DNA of 64,000 bases from Oculina patagonica. Taxonomy: Eukaryota. The stretch lies in assembly GCF_052425735.1 (NCBI RefSeq), contig NC_135761.1:13764001-13828000 (forward strand), written 5' to 3'. The notes beneath the pieces are model-generated. The model made no database searches. It worked only from the letters and a program-made list of their open reading frames with translations, and was not told the origin of the DNA. Positions 14,801 to 28,143 of the stretch are shown here, piece by piece (within the stretch, counting starts at the first letter, position 1; each line of letters begins with the position of its first letter). The translations under genes and the position numbers were made by a program.

Positions 14801-17800
14801 CTCAATTCCGAGCAATCTTGGAGGACACAGCGGACTGTTCTTCTCCAGCCCCTCGGCGCGATTACAGTCATTGATGTCGATAAACTGAAACTTGAACAAA
14901 TATTTCACCACGATCACGACCTGTGTGTACGTCATTACTGTGATCCAAAATATCTTGGTAGGTCTGGGGATGGACAGCATTCCCCACAGGAACACCAGGA
15001 AAGGCAGCGGCATCGACAGGACACTGGCGTACACCATGTGGTTTAGTATCATCAGCATGTAACATAGGATGTCTGTGTTGGCCAGCAGTGCGTACACGAA
15101 CGCTACTGTCAGGCGCGAAATACGCATGTTGGACTTCCGCCAATTCGCACTTCCGTCAGCTTCTTCCAGATCCAAATTGGAAGACGACCATGCGTCATCG
15201 TCCTCCATGGTAACGCGTGACGTCATACTCTGCGTATTGGAAAGTATATCAATTACAAAAATAATAAATGTCAAAATAAAATAGCAATAGCAATGGTAAT
15301 AGTTATAGCGAATTGCAGTCGATTCGCCTACGAGTAGATTCACTTACGACGAGTTCGCTAACGTATTAGGTCGATCCACCTACGTCTAAAGTCGTTTTGC
15401 TGACGGGATGTGATCACCCTTTGCTCACGATAAAAGAACGAGAAATATTCTAGGTCGTACTTTAAAGGGGAACTACAGCTCGTTGGCGAAACGACTTTAG
15501 ACGTTAGCGAACTGGTCGTTAGCGAATCCACTCATAGGCGAAACGACCGTTTACTGTTATACTGTAGCAATAGTGAACTTTTTTACACATTATAAATGTT
15601 GAATTCGTAAAGTTGGAGAGGTCGTGTGTAAATTAACAGGAAAATGACAAGAAAGATTAAATGCAAAACGTTTACAAATTCTAATTGATAACAGTTAAGC
15701 CACGCGTTGTGAAAACGATTTCGCATAGTCCTTGAATCAAAAAATGTATTGTGTATCTTGGATAGATTGTTCCACAATCAAGTGCCAATAGAAAACCGTG
15801 AAACATTCTAGAAACTTTAATTTTCGCTAAGAAATAATGATGCACTCACGTTAGAATGATAGAAATTTAAAAAGAGGGAAATAAATAAATAATAAATGAT
15901 TAAAAAATAAATAAATAAAGTTAGCAAGAGGCACCGTACCTTGGTGTCTGCTTCGGGGTCCGAAGCTTCTCCGAGTCGAACCCGAGCACTTCCGTAGCCG
16001 AACTTAGCACGGCGAAGCTTCTCGATTCTCTTCTCCTTCTGTTCTTTCTTGAGCTGGTCAGCAATCTCGCGGTAGTCTTTAGAAATGTCATTTAACAAAT
16101 CAATGACTTTGTCAACAGTTATAGCAATGTAGTAATACAGCCAGCTACACCAGCGCTTTATCTTGTTAACAAATCCCTCGGGTTGATCGTCATCTTCGGG
16201 CATTTCCGGGGCCACAACAGCTAGGAAGTCATCTTCGTCCTCTATTGAGCTGCTGGAACTTTTCCGTGCGCTGGATGAGGCTGCTGCTCCTGTGGCTTCT
16301 GTTGGTCGCTCTGTGCATAAAAGAAAGATACAGTTGAACCCTATTAAGCTGCCAATTGCCATTTCCCGGCTTTAAGAGGGTTCTACTTGTGACAAAAGTT
16401 CGCAAAGTTAAGGTTATTAAGAAATTTCTCTCTGGTTAGGTTGACAAATAGACAGACGGCCAAACCAAGGCCACTTTGACCTGTGGCATCTGTTGGTTGC
16501 TCTGGGCACAAAAGGGAAAAAGTTGTGACAAGAAATCGTCAAGTAACGCTTATTCAGAAATTCCTCGTTGATTAAAGGGACTGTGAAACTCTATGAAACT
16601 TACTTTTTGAAAAGAAATTACTTCTCGGGATCTAAATGTCAAAACTATAGCTTCATTGCAACCAAATTTGTCTTCCGGGTATTATAAGTTACGAGCAAAC
16701 AAAATTAAAATTGAAAACTGTTCAGTCCAACAACATTTCAAAAACCCATATCGCAATCCGTTTCAATCTTCGTCACTTTTGGTCATCCGTACCTCTCTTT
16801 TGTATTTGCTGTGTCATTGAAATGTTCTTTCACTGTTTTAAGAGGATATTTTTATATTGCGCCGAATTTGATGCTCATTTTCCATGCCTAAATTTGGCTA
16901 AAATCCGTAACACAGTCCCTGTAAGTTCATAAAGAGACAAACGGACAAGTCGAGACTGCTTTGACTTGGCCCAACGGCATAACACGTTCACTGTTGATAA
17001 ATTTCCAAACGCAAACCAACTCCCAATACTGTTTACAACGAAGAACAAAGTATACCTTTGTCTCCAGTCTCCTTGATCGCAGCCCGGTCTCCCTCTGGCT
17101 CACTGGGACTGCCACTCCTCTCATGAGATGGGCTCCCTGTGGGTGATTCACTTTCTAACTCCTCTTCTGATTCGGTTTCAAACCACTTGTAATCTCCTGA
17201 GTAGATCGCTGTTTGTCACAAAAAAAACAAAAACAGTTTCAATGCTTTCCCTCTCACGACATGAACGTCTTAAAAATTTATCCTAAAATTTTTAGTTCGT
17301 CAAGAAAACAGATTGTTTTCCATACTTAGAGTAAAAGAAACAGTGTATAAGCAATGTAACTGAACGTGATAAATCGGCGTGAGCGGAGTTTACCTTCATA
17401 GTGTGACTGAGGCTCGTACTGTTCTCCGGCCGGATGTAACTTGGCAAGTTTCTGCTTAAGCTTGTTTAGTCTGTTTTTAGAGAAACACAAAGAAAATAAG
17501 AAATCAGCATTCATCATGTTATGGCACCTTAGAATATTAAACAAAACTATAAAATCAAGTATCAGAAGTACGTCGAAGGAGTAAAGTATAGGGAATTAAA
17601 TCTTTTTCTCGCACCATCTAGCAATCAAGGAAGATGGCCCATTTCGGCCATTCAGGTGTTAATCCAACCTCTGTTTTCCGTTTTCTCCCTTTCCTTTTTT
17701 TTTTGGGGGGGCGGGGGTTATTTATCATCACGTGACAGTTGCCAAACAGCAGTGTAAAGTAAAGAATGCTGTACTCACGATTTCTTGATTCGATCCATTT

Positions 17801-20800
17801 TTCCTTTGTCCTCTCGTCTCACGGCATCTAGCTGTGTACGAACATGCTCATCAACAAGTTCGGCTCCCCTGAGGAGAAAAAAGGAAGAACAATGAATCTA
17901 AATTAACCACACAAGGAAAAAGAGGAAGGGCATGCGAAGGGACTCAGGAGAGCGTATAAACCACTTCTGGAAGTTACGTTTGATCCGCTTCTAAACTCTC
18001 CTAACTTGTTTCGAGGTTTTCTTTTTATGTTGACAGGCGGGAGAATTTATTAGTATATTCTCATGACCAGTATACGTAACTGCGCATTGATCAGTTTGGG
18101 GGAAAGGGAAGGGGGGGGGGGTGGGGATGAAATTGTACGTTGATCAATGTTGGTAGCTAAAAGAGTTTATGAAGGCTGCCAACGGTGAGATTGTAACAAA
18201 ATAGACTGTGAAATTGATTATATTTTAAGCTTTTTATTGTTCAGAGATTTCTTCATGATTTCATTCATATGAGCGAAATGTGTTTTCAAACTGCGAAAAC
18301 TTTTTTATCATGGAGTAAATGCCCTGCCAACACAACTTTGGTGAAAGAACAAAATTGCAGTCGTCCGTTTATAAATAAATTAAAGTCGGTTATTTTTGTG
18401 CATTTGTCTTCGTGAAGTTGCGCTTTTCATGTCACGCTTTTTGTCACGGCATCAGATTACCTTGGAGGACACAAGAGTATCGTGACATCCGTGACATCGC
18501 ACAGCGGGAGACTGGTTACATACCTGCTTGCCATGTCGGCCTGCTCTTTGTGATCTCGCACCACGTGTTTAAAATAATCTGACGTGAACACACAGTATTG
18601 CATGACAAGGAAAGTGAAGCATGCGCAGTCCATAGCCAGCCCCGTGTCATCAGGAGCCACGCAGTCACCAATGTCTGCCTGTCCCTTGTTCTTATATCCT
18701 CCTTGTCTTAAACAGAACAAGCTTAATAGCTGCAATGCCCAGCAGCCTGTGTGCTTCTTGACATACTCCACGTACACACAAGAGACGAGCTGGGGGAATG
18801 AAGAAAGATAGAAAATATGTTTAATAATTGAAATAAAGAAATAAGATGAGTAAACAAAAGTCCCAGCTTTTTGGGCATTTCCGGCATTTTTTTTGTCAAA
18901 AACCGTTCGCTGGGTGTCACATTTTCAACTCTCTTCTCGGTGTTTCGAAATGAGATGAAACACTGTCTCTTGTGTTTGATATATTACTTTAAATATAGTT
19001 ACGTTCACTTCGTTTGTCATTTTTGGTTTATAACTGGAGCCAGAAACTCGTAATGTAGCATGCTGTCACCAAGAAGGATCCAATCAGAATGAGCCTACAT
19101 GACGTAATGGCCAAACAGAATCTGAATCAAAAACATGTACCAGGGCCTTTTTTATCTTGTATTTTACCTGTTAGAAAATTGAATTTATTTAAAGGGGCTA
19201 TGTCACGCAATTTAAGGTAATTTCGGCACTGACTTTACATAACTGGTCATAGAATTAATGAAATATCACAATAACTGAAAACAAACAAAGAAAGGCCAAA
19301 AGGGGGCATGGGTCGGCAAAATTCGTTAAGATTACAACGGAGCGGTAAACTGAAACGTCGGGCCGAATTTTTTCAAGTTTATCTCAATTTGTTATAAGTG
19401 TCATTTACAATGCTCTTAAATCGTCCTTGTTTGTTATGTGGCCGTGATTGCCAAAAGACTTTTGCCCTGCCAATTTGAAGTTTAGAGCTCTTAAATAATG
19501 AATATAAAATAAAATTACCGAAAATACCGTGGCATAGCCCCTTTAATATACTTGTAGAACAGTTTCGCTTGTAATTTCAACTAAAAGTTTTCTGTGATTT
19601 TATACAACTATACAACTGTTTTACTTCTTTACCTGCAAACAAACTTTAGCTAAAAGCGTGAAGTAATTGTATCCTATGAAGATTTTCCATAATCTAAACA
19701 GCCTCGTTCTTGGCTGTAGGTACAGTGCTTGTCCATGCCACAAGAAGAAAAAGCACCACAGTATGAAACCAAAGTTGAAAATACTGATGGTACTTTGAAC
19801 AGTGATGTAAACAACGGCTAAAGTCACCCAGTACATGTGTTGAAAAACAACCACCTGAAATAAAATAGATACAAAATCACTTTCTGTATCAGAGCGAGTA
19901 TTTTCGTTTTTAACAGCAACTCACACAAATGTCCATATAGTGTACTTGTACTTGAATTACAGGAGGATAAAAATAAGCGTTACATATAGTATCGGCATTA
20001 TATATGTCTTTTTTTAAAAGAAAAACCAGGTTTAGTTTGTTTAAACTAGCTTAAGTATTATTCTTACATAATATTTAAATAATGCGTCTATCTCTTGGCA
20101 GTTTGAAAACGGGTGGGGACTCGGCTGATACTTGCATTTTCAGCGTCAATCCTGGACAAAACTAGCTGAGACAAACGAATATTACACACTTCTCGTGAAT
20201 GTGGTGACTTACAAGCGGATAAAAAATACATTATTCCCCTCTTCCACTACTCAAAGGTGTTTAGTGGGGTTTGCAATTTATCTGGCTTTGTTTTCACAGC
20301 AAGACAATATTGTCAACATTGAAAGGGTGGAGGGAAAAAATGAGCGGTAGTACCCAAATAAGTGGAAATTTAACCAAGTATCTTAACAGTTTTATCCATG
20401 ATTGTAGGACTGAAAATAAATTAAATTAACACAGGAACAGTTAGACAATAACTAAGTCACCTTGAAGAAGTCGAGCCATGTTATATTCCACATAAAGTCA
20501 GGAGTAGTTGTTTTGCCGCGGCTTCCTCTTCTGTTGGAATTGAAAGCTGCACTTGACGCGGTTTGTTCACTTGATCGTCTGAAGCGCTCGACAGAAAACA
20601 CGTTCTCTTGACAACACGCGAATAGCAGCTGGAAGAAGTCACCTGAAAACAAAAACATCATGCATTGTCACGCACATAAAAGTGTTATGTCACGACACAA
20701 AAACAAAACACAATGTCACGTCACAGGAACAAAACTCAATGTGACGGCTCAAGAACAACGCCCAACAAATAACGCAAAACACAATGTCACGATACGGAAA

Positions 20801-23800
20801 CAATACCCAATCTGACGGCACAAGAACAACGTCCAACAAAATAACGCCAATGTCACGGCACAAAATCAAAACCAAAACCTAATGTCACGGCACAAAACCA
20901 AAACCCAGTGTCACGGCACAGGAGCAACAACCAATGTGACGGCACAAGAACAACCTTCAACAAAATAACGCTAATGTCACGGCACAAAAAGGAAACCCAA
21001 TAACACGGCACAAAAACAGACCCAATGTCACGGCACAAAAACAAGCCCAATGTCTCTGGGCACAAAAACAAGTCCAATGTTTCAGGGCACAAAAACAAGC
21101 CCAATGTCTCACGGCAACAAGCCCAATGTCTCAGGACACAAAAACAAGCCCAATGTTTCACGGCACAAAAACGAGCCCAATGTCTCAGGGCACAAAAACA
21201 GACCCAATGTCACGGCACAAAAACAAGCCCAATGTCTCACGGCACAAAAACAAGCCCAATGTCTCACGGCACAAAAACGAGCCCAATGTCTCAGGGCACA
21301 AAAACAAGCCCAATGTCTCACGGCACTAAAACAAAAACCCAATGTCACGGCTCAAAAACAACACTCAATGTCACGGCAAGTAAAATCTTGTCATCACTAG
21401 AACGTCCACTGTCACGATACAGAAACAATGTCACGACATGAAAACAGCAACTGCTGTCACGGTATACTTACTGAATAGAAGCTTAGGATCGGGTGGAAGT
21501 TTGACATCAGTGAGATACAGCCAGTGAACAAGATTTGGGTTCAAAGCATTAGTCCATGGGTATGCTGAAAGAAAACAACAGTTGTTACACCAAACAAGGG
21601 AAGGGGTAAAACAGCCTAACAGTGCCTCTAGGTGCAAGGGACTGTGTCACGGCTGAATTTAGTCAATTTTAAAAACTTTTGCCAAATACTTGCTATGGAA
21701 CGTAATATCAGCGAAAAAAATTACTTCTAGGGATGTAAATGACAAAATCATAGCTTTATTTCAACCAAAAATTTCTCCAGGGCATTAGAATTTAAAGTGA
21801 CAAACAACCGAGACTAACTTTGAAAATGTTCAGCCTAACAGTATTCTAACAAAATCCCATATGGCAATCCGTTTCAATCTTTTTCAATTGCTATCCATCC
21901 GTACCTTCTTTTGTATCTGCTGTGTTACTGAAATGTTCCTGAACTGTTCTAGTTGGTTATTTTAATATTTCACCCAATTTGGTTGCAATTTCCGATGTCT
22001 AAATTTGGCTAAAACCCATGAAACAGCTCCTTTAAGGTGGCTCGTAATGGGAGTTTAGCCATTGCCCTCCTTGGAATTTATTTCAGTTGCACCAATAACG
22101 TTGAGAATAACAACTAGTAAAGCACATGTGAGAACGTATAGTCCCCACACGGCCACAGCAAAGCATTGAAATTTTATATAAGAATGTCAATAACAAAACA
22201 TGCATTTACAAAGACAAAATAAACATTTTCAACAGACGTTTTGTTCTTACCCAGGCAGAGTGCTGGAGGCCATCCAAGTACTAACAGGTACTGCAGTGGT
22301 AGGAGCACTGCTAAGAAGCCCACATACACGGGCCACACGATGGACGAGTTCTGCCGGCCCAGCACTAAAAAGGCCCCAAGCCAAATAGCGTACACAACAG
22401 ATGTGATGTCACAACGGACAGCCATGTTTATTACAATCATAACTAGACAAACCTGTGGAAAAAACAACATAGATTGGGCGATTAGTCTTTTGAATAAATC
22501 AACAATATTGTTTGTTTGGTTGAAAATTGAGAATTTTAGGCCGCAAATACTCTAGTAGGGCAGTCCTTCATCGCTTACGCGAGACGTCCCAAGCAGCCAG
22601 GGGTCAATGAGAAGGCTGTATCTGTAGGCTAAGGAAAGGTTAGAACGATTTCCACTTAGAGCGGTTTCACTTGAGTGTCGAAAGTATTGCGTTTGTTTGG
22701 TGCAACACGCTAGTGATTGGATCTCGCGCCACCCGAGCTCACCAACATCGTGACTCGCTCGCGCACATCCCGCGCCGGCCACTTGTATTGCTGAGTGATT
22801 GGTTCACTGGATTGTTTGTGCGGATGGTCAGAGTTTACTTTGGTTTTAGTTTACGACACTCAATTGAAAACTGCTCTATGCCTAGAAGTAATTCGCGTTT
22901 GCTTTGCTTTCGCGCGCATTACTGTACTTTGTGATTGTACTCTCGCCAATTTCTCGACCAATCAGAAGTAGAGCCAAAACCAATCGTGACTCGCTCACAC
23001 ACGTTACCTGCGTTTTGAGCCGTCTATGTATTTGATCGCATCAGTATGACGATAAGAAAAAAGCATCGAAAGAAAACGAATCAACAAAAGCGCATCGACA
23101 AAAAGGTACATGTATCAGGGTGGAAGAGGCCTTAATGTTCATTTCGGTGTTAAAACATATCCAAAACAACGCGACAACAGCTAAACAAATGCCGTGTACG
23201 GAAAACTCCGCCAATGAATATAAATAACAAAAATGATCACAAAAAAGGGCTGAAGTCTTACCTCCCAACCAAAGTGAAAGAAGAATTTATTAAACAAATA
23301 CTTGACGCAGTTAATAAAGTCTTCATCAGCATCAGGTCTTGTTATTCCAGGAAACAAGATTCCAGGATCTGGTTCTTTTAAATTCTTCCTCCAACGATAA
23401 AGTTTCTGTTGATATATAAAAATAATTAAAAACGGCAAAAACTTAACGGTTTGGTAGTTCACTCACGCGAAACTATCGATCTGTACTGGCAGGCAAGTAC
23501 AACATTAGGATAACGGGACAAATCACATTAAGTCACTCTGTTACGTGACTGAGTCGTTTTAAATTGCGTGACCTCGCCCGACCTACGTCATCCGTACGAT
23601 CAACCTTCCTGTTGCAATAACAATCTTGTCTCAGTTTAGACGATCGCGTCACTGGACAGTGCCGTTAATCCCCTGGCCTTGTCTACTATGTACACCTTCT
23701 CATACCCAAATTAGCATTAAAGAACCCACATCACTGTTCTAAAAAATTCTGGGGATCGTAGTCCCTGGTGTTGTGGTCACTTGGTATCATTTTTTCCCTT

Positions 23801-26263
23801 CAATATGAAGCAAAGTTTAAGCTCCTTTATTACCAATAGAACAACACACAAAAGTTTTTTTTCTTGCTCAGAAGCCCAGTGGTACTTGAATATGACGGAT
23901 TGACCACAAATGAACAGGTAAACAAAAAATTCTATTGGTTATTTTTCACCTACCTGGTGGTGCTTAATGACGGCGTGTAGCACAATGACTATAACAATCA
24001 GAAGGTATCCCTGTAAATGAAACAGAAATAACGTTTAAACACACTTAACAGTCACAACCTCGAATTGAGATAGTAAAGAGATCAGCTACAATATACCTGA
24101 AATTTCAATGAAATTAAACTACACCTAATACACAATTTCTCTCTTTGCGTGTTTAATTTTTCCCCTGTTTACTCAACCTTAAAAAAAATTGAACGCAACT
24201 TAACGCCTAATAATACGGGTAACCTTTTTCTTTCAACTTGTCCCGCAACATTATTGCATTGCAAGTTGTAAAGTGTTGTTGCGCGTATTATCACCTGTAT
24301 AGACCTTTTTCGCTTGGGCGGTTTGTTTTCCCATTTCAGACCACGTGATGTTCTCTAGAGAATATTCCTTTTATCCACATAAAATTTATTCATTCATATA
24401 CACGCGACTATTTGAAAATTTGAAAGCAAAAATTCTCAAGAGTATCATCACATGGCCTGTAATGGGGCGACAAAACGCCCAAGCGAGAAAGGTCTATTGC
24501 AAGTTGCGGCAACATGTTGCACAAAGCTGAACTCATGCTGCTGCAACTTGTAATGTAACAATTGGCCGTTGCTCGATTTTAAATTTTCGCGCGCAAGTAA
24601 CAACCAATCAGAGAACTGCACGGATCTCTATAGAGCTACGTCACCGCTATGGCAATTTTTGAGTTGAATCTGCATATCACAAACAATTTTTAGGATGTCT
24701 TTTGAGTTTTGAGCGGGTAACAATAAGTGCACGAAGAAAGGCTTTTGTCTTCTTAAATTATACACGCCGTGAACAGATCTGTTACCTTGATGTCCTCTGA
24801 GATGTTATCTGTCTTGTAAAAACCGACCCATAATGCATTGTTGACGAAGTGATTAAATGAAGACGGTCTCGGTAAACTCTGTAGAAAAGATAGATGTGTA
24901 TCAGATTAACTGGAAATTATACACGTTACATCAAACATGCCAAACTAAATTATAAATCTCATTCAAGCTACGTGTTGTTAGTTTTGGGGCGCGCGGGAGG
25001 GGGGGGGGGGGGAAGGGAGGGGGAGGATATCCTCAAATACAAACTAGGGGGACTGGTTACAGTAAATGTAGTTGTGTAAGCTTAAAATGACTTCCCATAT
25101 TTATAAACCTCAGTTTGACCTTGTAAGAAAAAAACCCGACCGCCTGATTGCAATTTTAGTTAATTGTTTTTGTGACACAACTTCCTTTCTCAGAAAACAT
25201 CACAGACAGTAAGCTGGAGTACAATAGAGACTTTCCTGTAAATACTTGAATCATTGTCACTGCACCACAAGTGAGGAAAATAGTAAATAGTCTGCGTTTA
25301 TTGCTGTTCATGAAGACTAGCAGTTAGGGAATACACGCGGGTCACGTCACATTTGGGAATATACACGCGCGAGTGGCGAAGCCGTGAGGACGAAAGCCGC
25401 AAGAAGACTCGTTCTCGCGGCTGAGCCTCTCGTGCGTATTCCCTCCAAATATGAGCCTGCTCGAAGGTTAACGGCATATTTCATTCTAAGTATTTATCTT
25501 GACTTACCTGGTCCGTACAGTTGTGTTGGAACAAGTCAGCCTGCACGAACCTCAGTTGATAAATCATTTTACTCAGAATCACGAGAGAGCTCCAGATTAA
25601 GAAACAGTACGACAACGCTCTCTGAAGAACACGAGACGGCATGGAGATTCCAAGAAGAATGATGATTACTGCGTTAATCGCACACACCTAACAATACAAG
25701 ATATTTGATTCGCTAGTTAGCTTCCAAAGAAAAAATTATGTATAGATCACGTAAAAAGCCGCTCTCATATTGAATGTTCGACAAAGTGAAACAAAAAACC
25801 CTTCTGAAAACCTATTGTTAACTCAAAATTAGTATTACAAGCCTAGTTTAGTAACGTGTCGGATTTCCGTAGCTGAGGAAAAAGGTCCCTGCTACTAACT
25901 GTGAACACCTAAGCCTGCGGACTTCGGGAGTCAATGGTATTACGACGCACCAGTACAGAAGTGAAATTTTTGATTTGATTTTTGACTCTGATTCATAAAC
26001 AACAAGTTCTGCTATTACCTGCATCAATAACTGACTAATACATGAGGTAGGCAGTACAAAATGACTTTAATTGTACCCTAATATTGTGTTTGAGAGATAT
26101 GCTAGTCTAATTAAATTCTAAAAACTAGGAAAAAGAAGTGTTCTTTCTGTGCATTTCTCTTTGATCTAAGAGAGTATCAATTGTCTTATAAACCTGCGTA
26201 CGGACTATAAACGTAGCGAAAGGCCCATAATTATTGACGAACGGACAGAAGGACCGATGGATG

Positions 26264-26306
<43 letters not shown>

Positions 26307-28111
26307 GGAAACAGATAGACAAAGATATACAGATAAAAACAAAGCAATGAAACTAAAATTAACTGACCTGATAAAGCACCACACAAATCAGTGTCAAATT
26401 GACAAGTTTTAACATGTGTAGCTCTCCAACTCTCCACAGGAAAACAGTTAAATCATTGTAAAAATTCACAATCTTGATAAGTACCACCACCAGAAATGAC
26501 TTCTGGGTACTCGGCCTAGTCTCCCTAGCAGGCTCTGAAGGCCCGGCTCCATCTTGTTGTGAGGTAGATGCTGGGGTATGCGGTTCTATGGCTCCCCTGG
26601 CTGCTGATTGGTGGGCTGTGGAACTAGCTCTTACTTTGAGATCGATCATGGCCAGAAATGGACGATGGAAGAAATGAAGCTGAATAACAATGATGATTGA
26701 GAACGCTGTAGGAGTGAGAAGTTCTAACAGGAGACTGGCTTTTGTGTGTTGCCGAAGTCCGAGGTTGTACAACCTGTTACCAAGACCAAAGTAAAGGTTT
26801 TTAATAGTTAATTTTTGTAATACACAATCATCTTGTAGCAAACAAAAACAATTCCAAAACAGTTGAAAAAAGAACAGTGGAACCTAACAGACACCTTCCG
26901 TAAGTGGACACTAATGGTGGATTTCCACTGACGCGTAATTTTACGTGCGAAAATTAGAGACAATGTATGAACGGCTTGCGTACACGTTACGCAGGCCGTT
27001 CATACATTGTCTCTAATTTTTTCACGCACGTAAAAACTTACGCGTCAGTGGAAATCCACCATAAGTCATGATCCCAGCCACATACAAAGACTGCATTTTT
27101 CCCCTTCCATAAGCACACCCCTGCTAAGCGGACACTTTTTCTAGCCCCAAAGGGGACACCTTACTAGAGAATCAGCTTTACTTGCAGGAAAAAGGTACAA
27201 ACTTCTGTTATATATGTACGATTTATATGCTTTTTTTCTTAACAAATATTCAACATCAATGATATTGTAAAATGTTTGTTATTTATGAATAAGGTCGCTG
27301 GTATCAAAGAGCCTCTTTTAGACCTATATTGGGAGGTGTCTTAAACAACACTCTTTTGTTTTAATCTTAATGTCAACCTTGTCCCCAGGGCTAACCACGT
27401 GACACCCACAACAGAGGACTCACCATGAGGACGAGATTGTTCTTAGTTAATGTTTACTGACAGTAGCTTTCAGAGAAAGGATTATCTTGCGTGATCAATA
27501 TACAATGTATCATTAGTTTTTGAGATAAAGTACATACTTCTTGCACAGAAATATAGACAGTTTTGAGCAAGACTTACCACTGATCTGACAGTCCCGTTGC
27601 ATTGTGCCAGTAGACAGGCATGTTATCGAACTGATATGTGTAGATTAATAACAAGATACAGATGGAATATATCACCATCACCCACCACAGAGGACGTAGA
27701 ATTAACCTCCAAGTAGCAATAGATATCTTGAAACAAATTAAAAAAAACTAACATTAGGAAAAAATGCCTTGTGACTATGCTCTTGGAAAAATAATCAGAG
27801 GGTACCCAGCAAGAAGTATATCACAACACAAAGGCTCGAGGGTGTTCATGCAAACAGTAACAACGTAATTATTTTTCTTGCACAATAAAACGTTTGTCAT
27901 CTTGAAATCCAATGTAAACAATGGATGCAGGCTCTTGAAAGAAAATCTGAAATCTGAAAGAGTTAATAGTCAGCTCCCCACAGGGCTTTTCAGTAACTAT
28001 TTACAATTTACAGAATTAAGGGATGAGACGGACACCAGCATATATAAGGCGCCATGGCAGCCGCTATCCGTCCATGTATGATCCACCCCACCGCCAACCC
28101 ATGGAATAGAA

Positions 28112-28143
<32 letters not shown>

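Noticed and set aside
20853-21441. Repetitive ORFs or a CRISPR-like array
   Set aside because: Head-to-tail minisatellite with no unique spacers, inside a eukaryotic intron. The ORFs are artefacts of the 27-bp period.
16572-22035. Opposite-orientation Kolobok-like MITEs driving back-splicing or exon skipping
   Set aside because: The copies are visibly diverged and the enclosed exon blocks (497 and 586 nt) are not frame-preserving.
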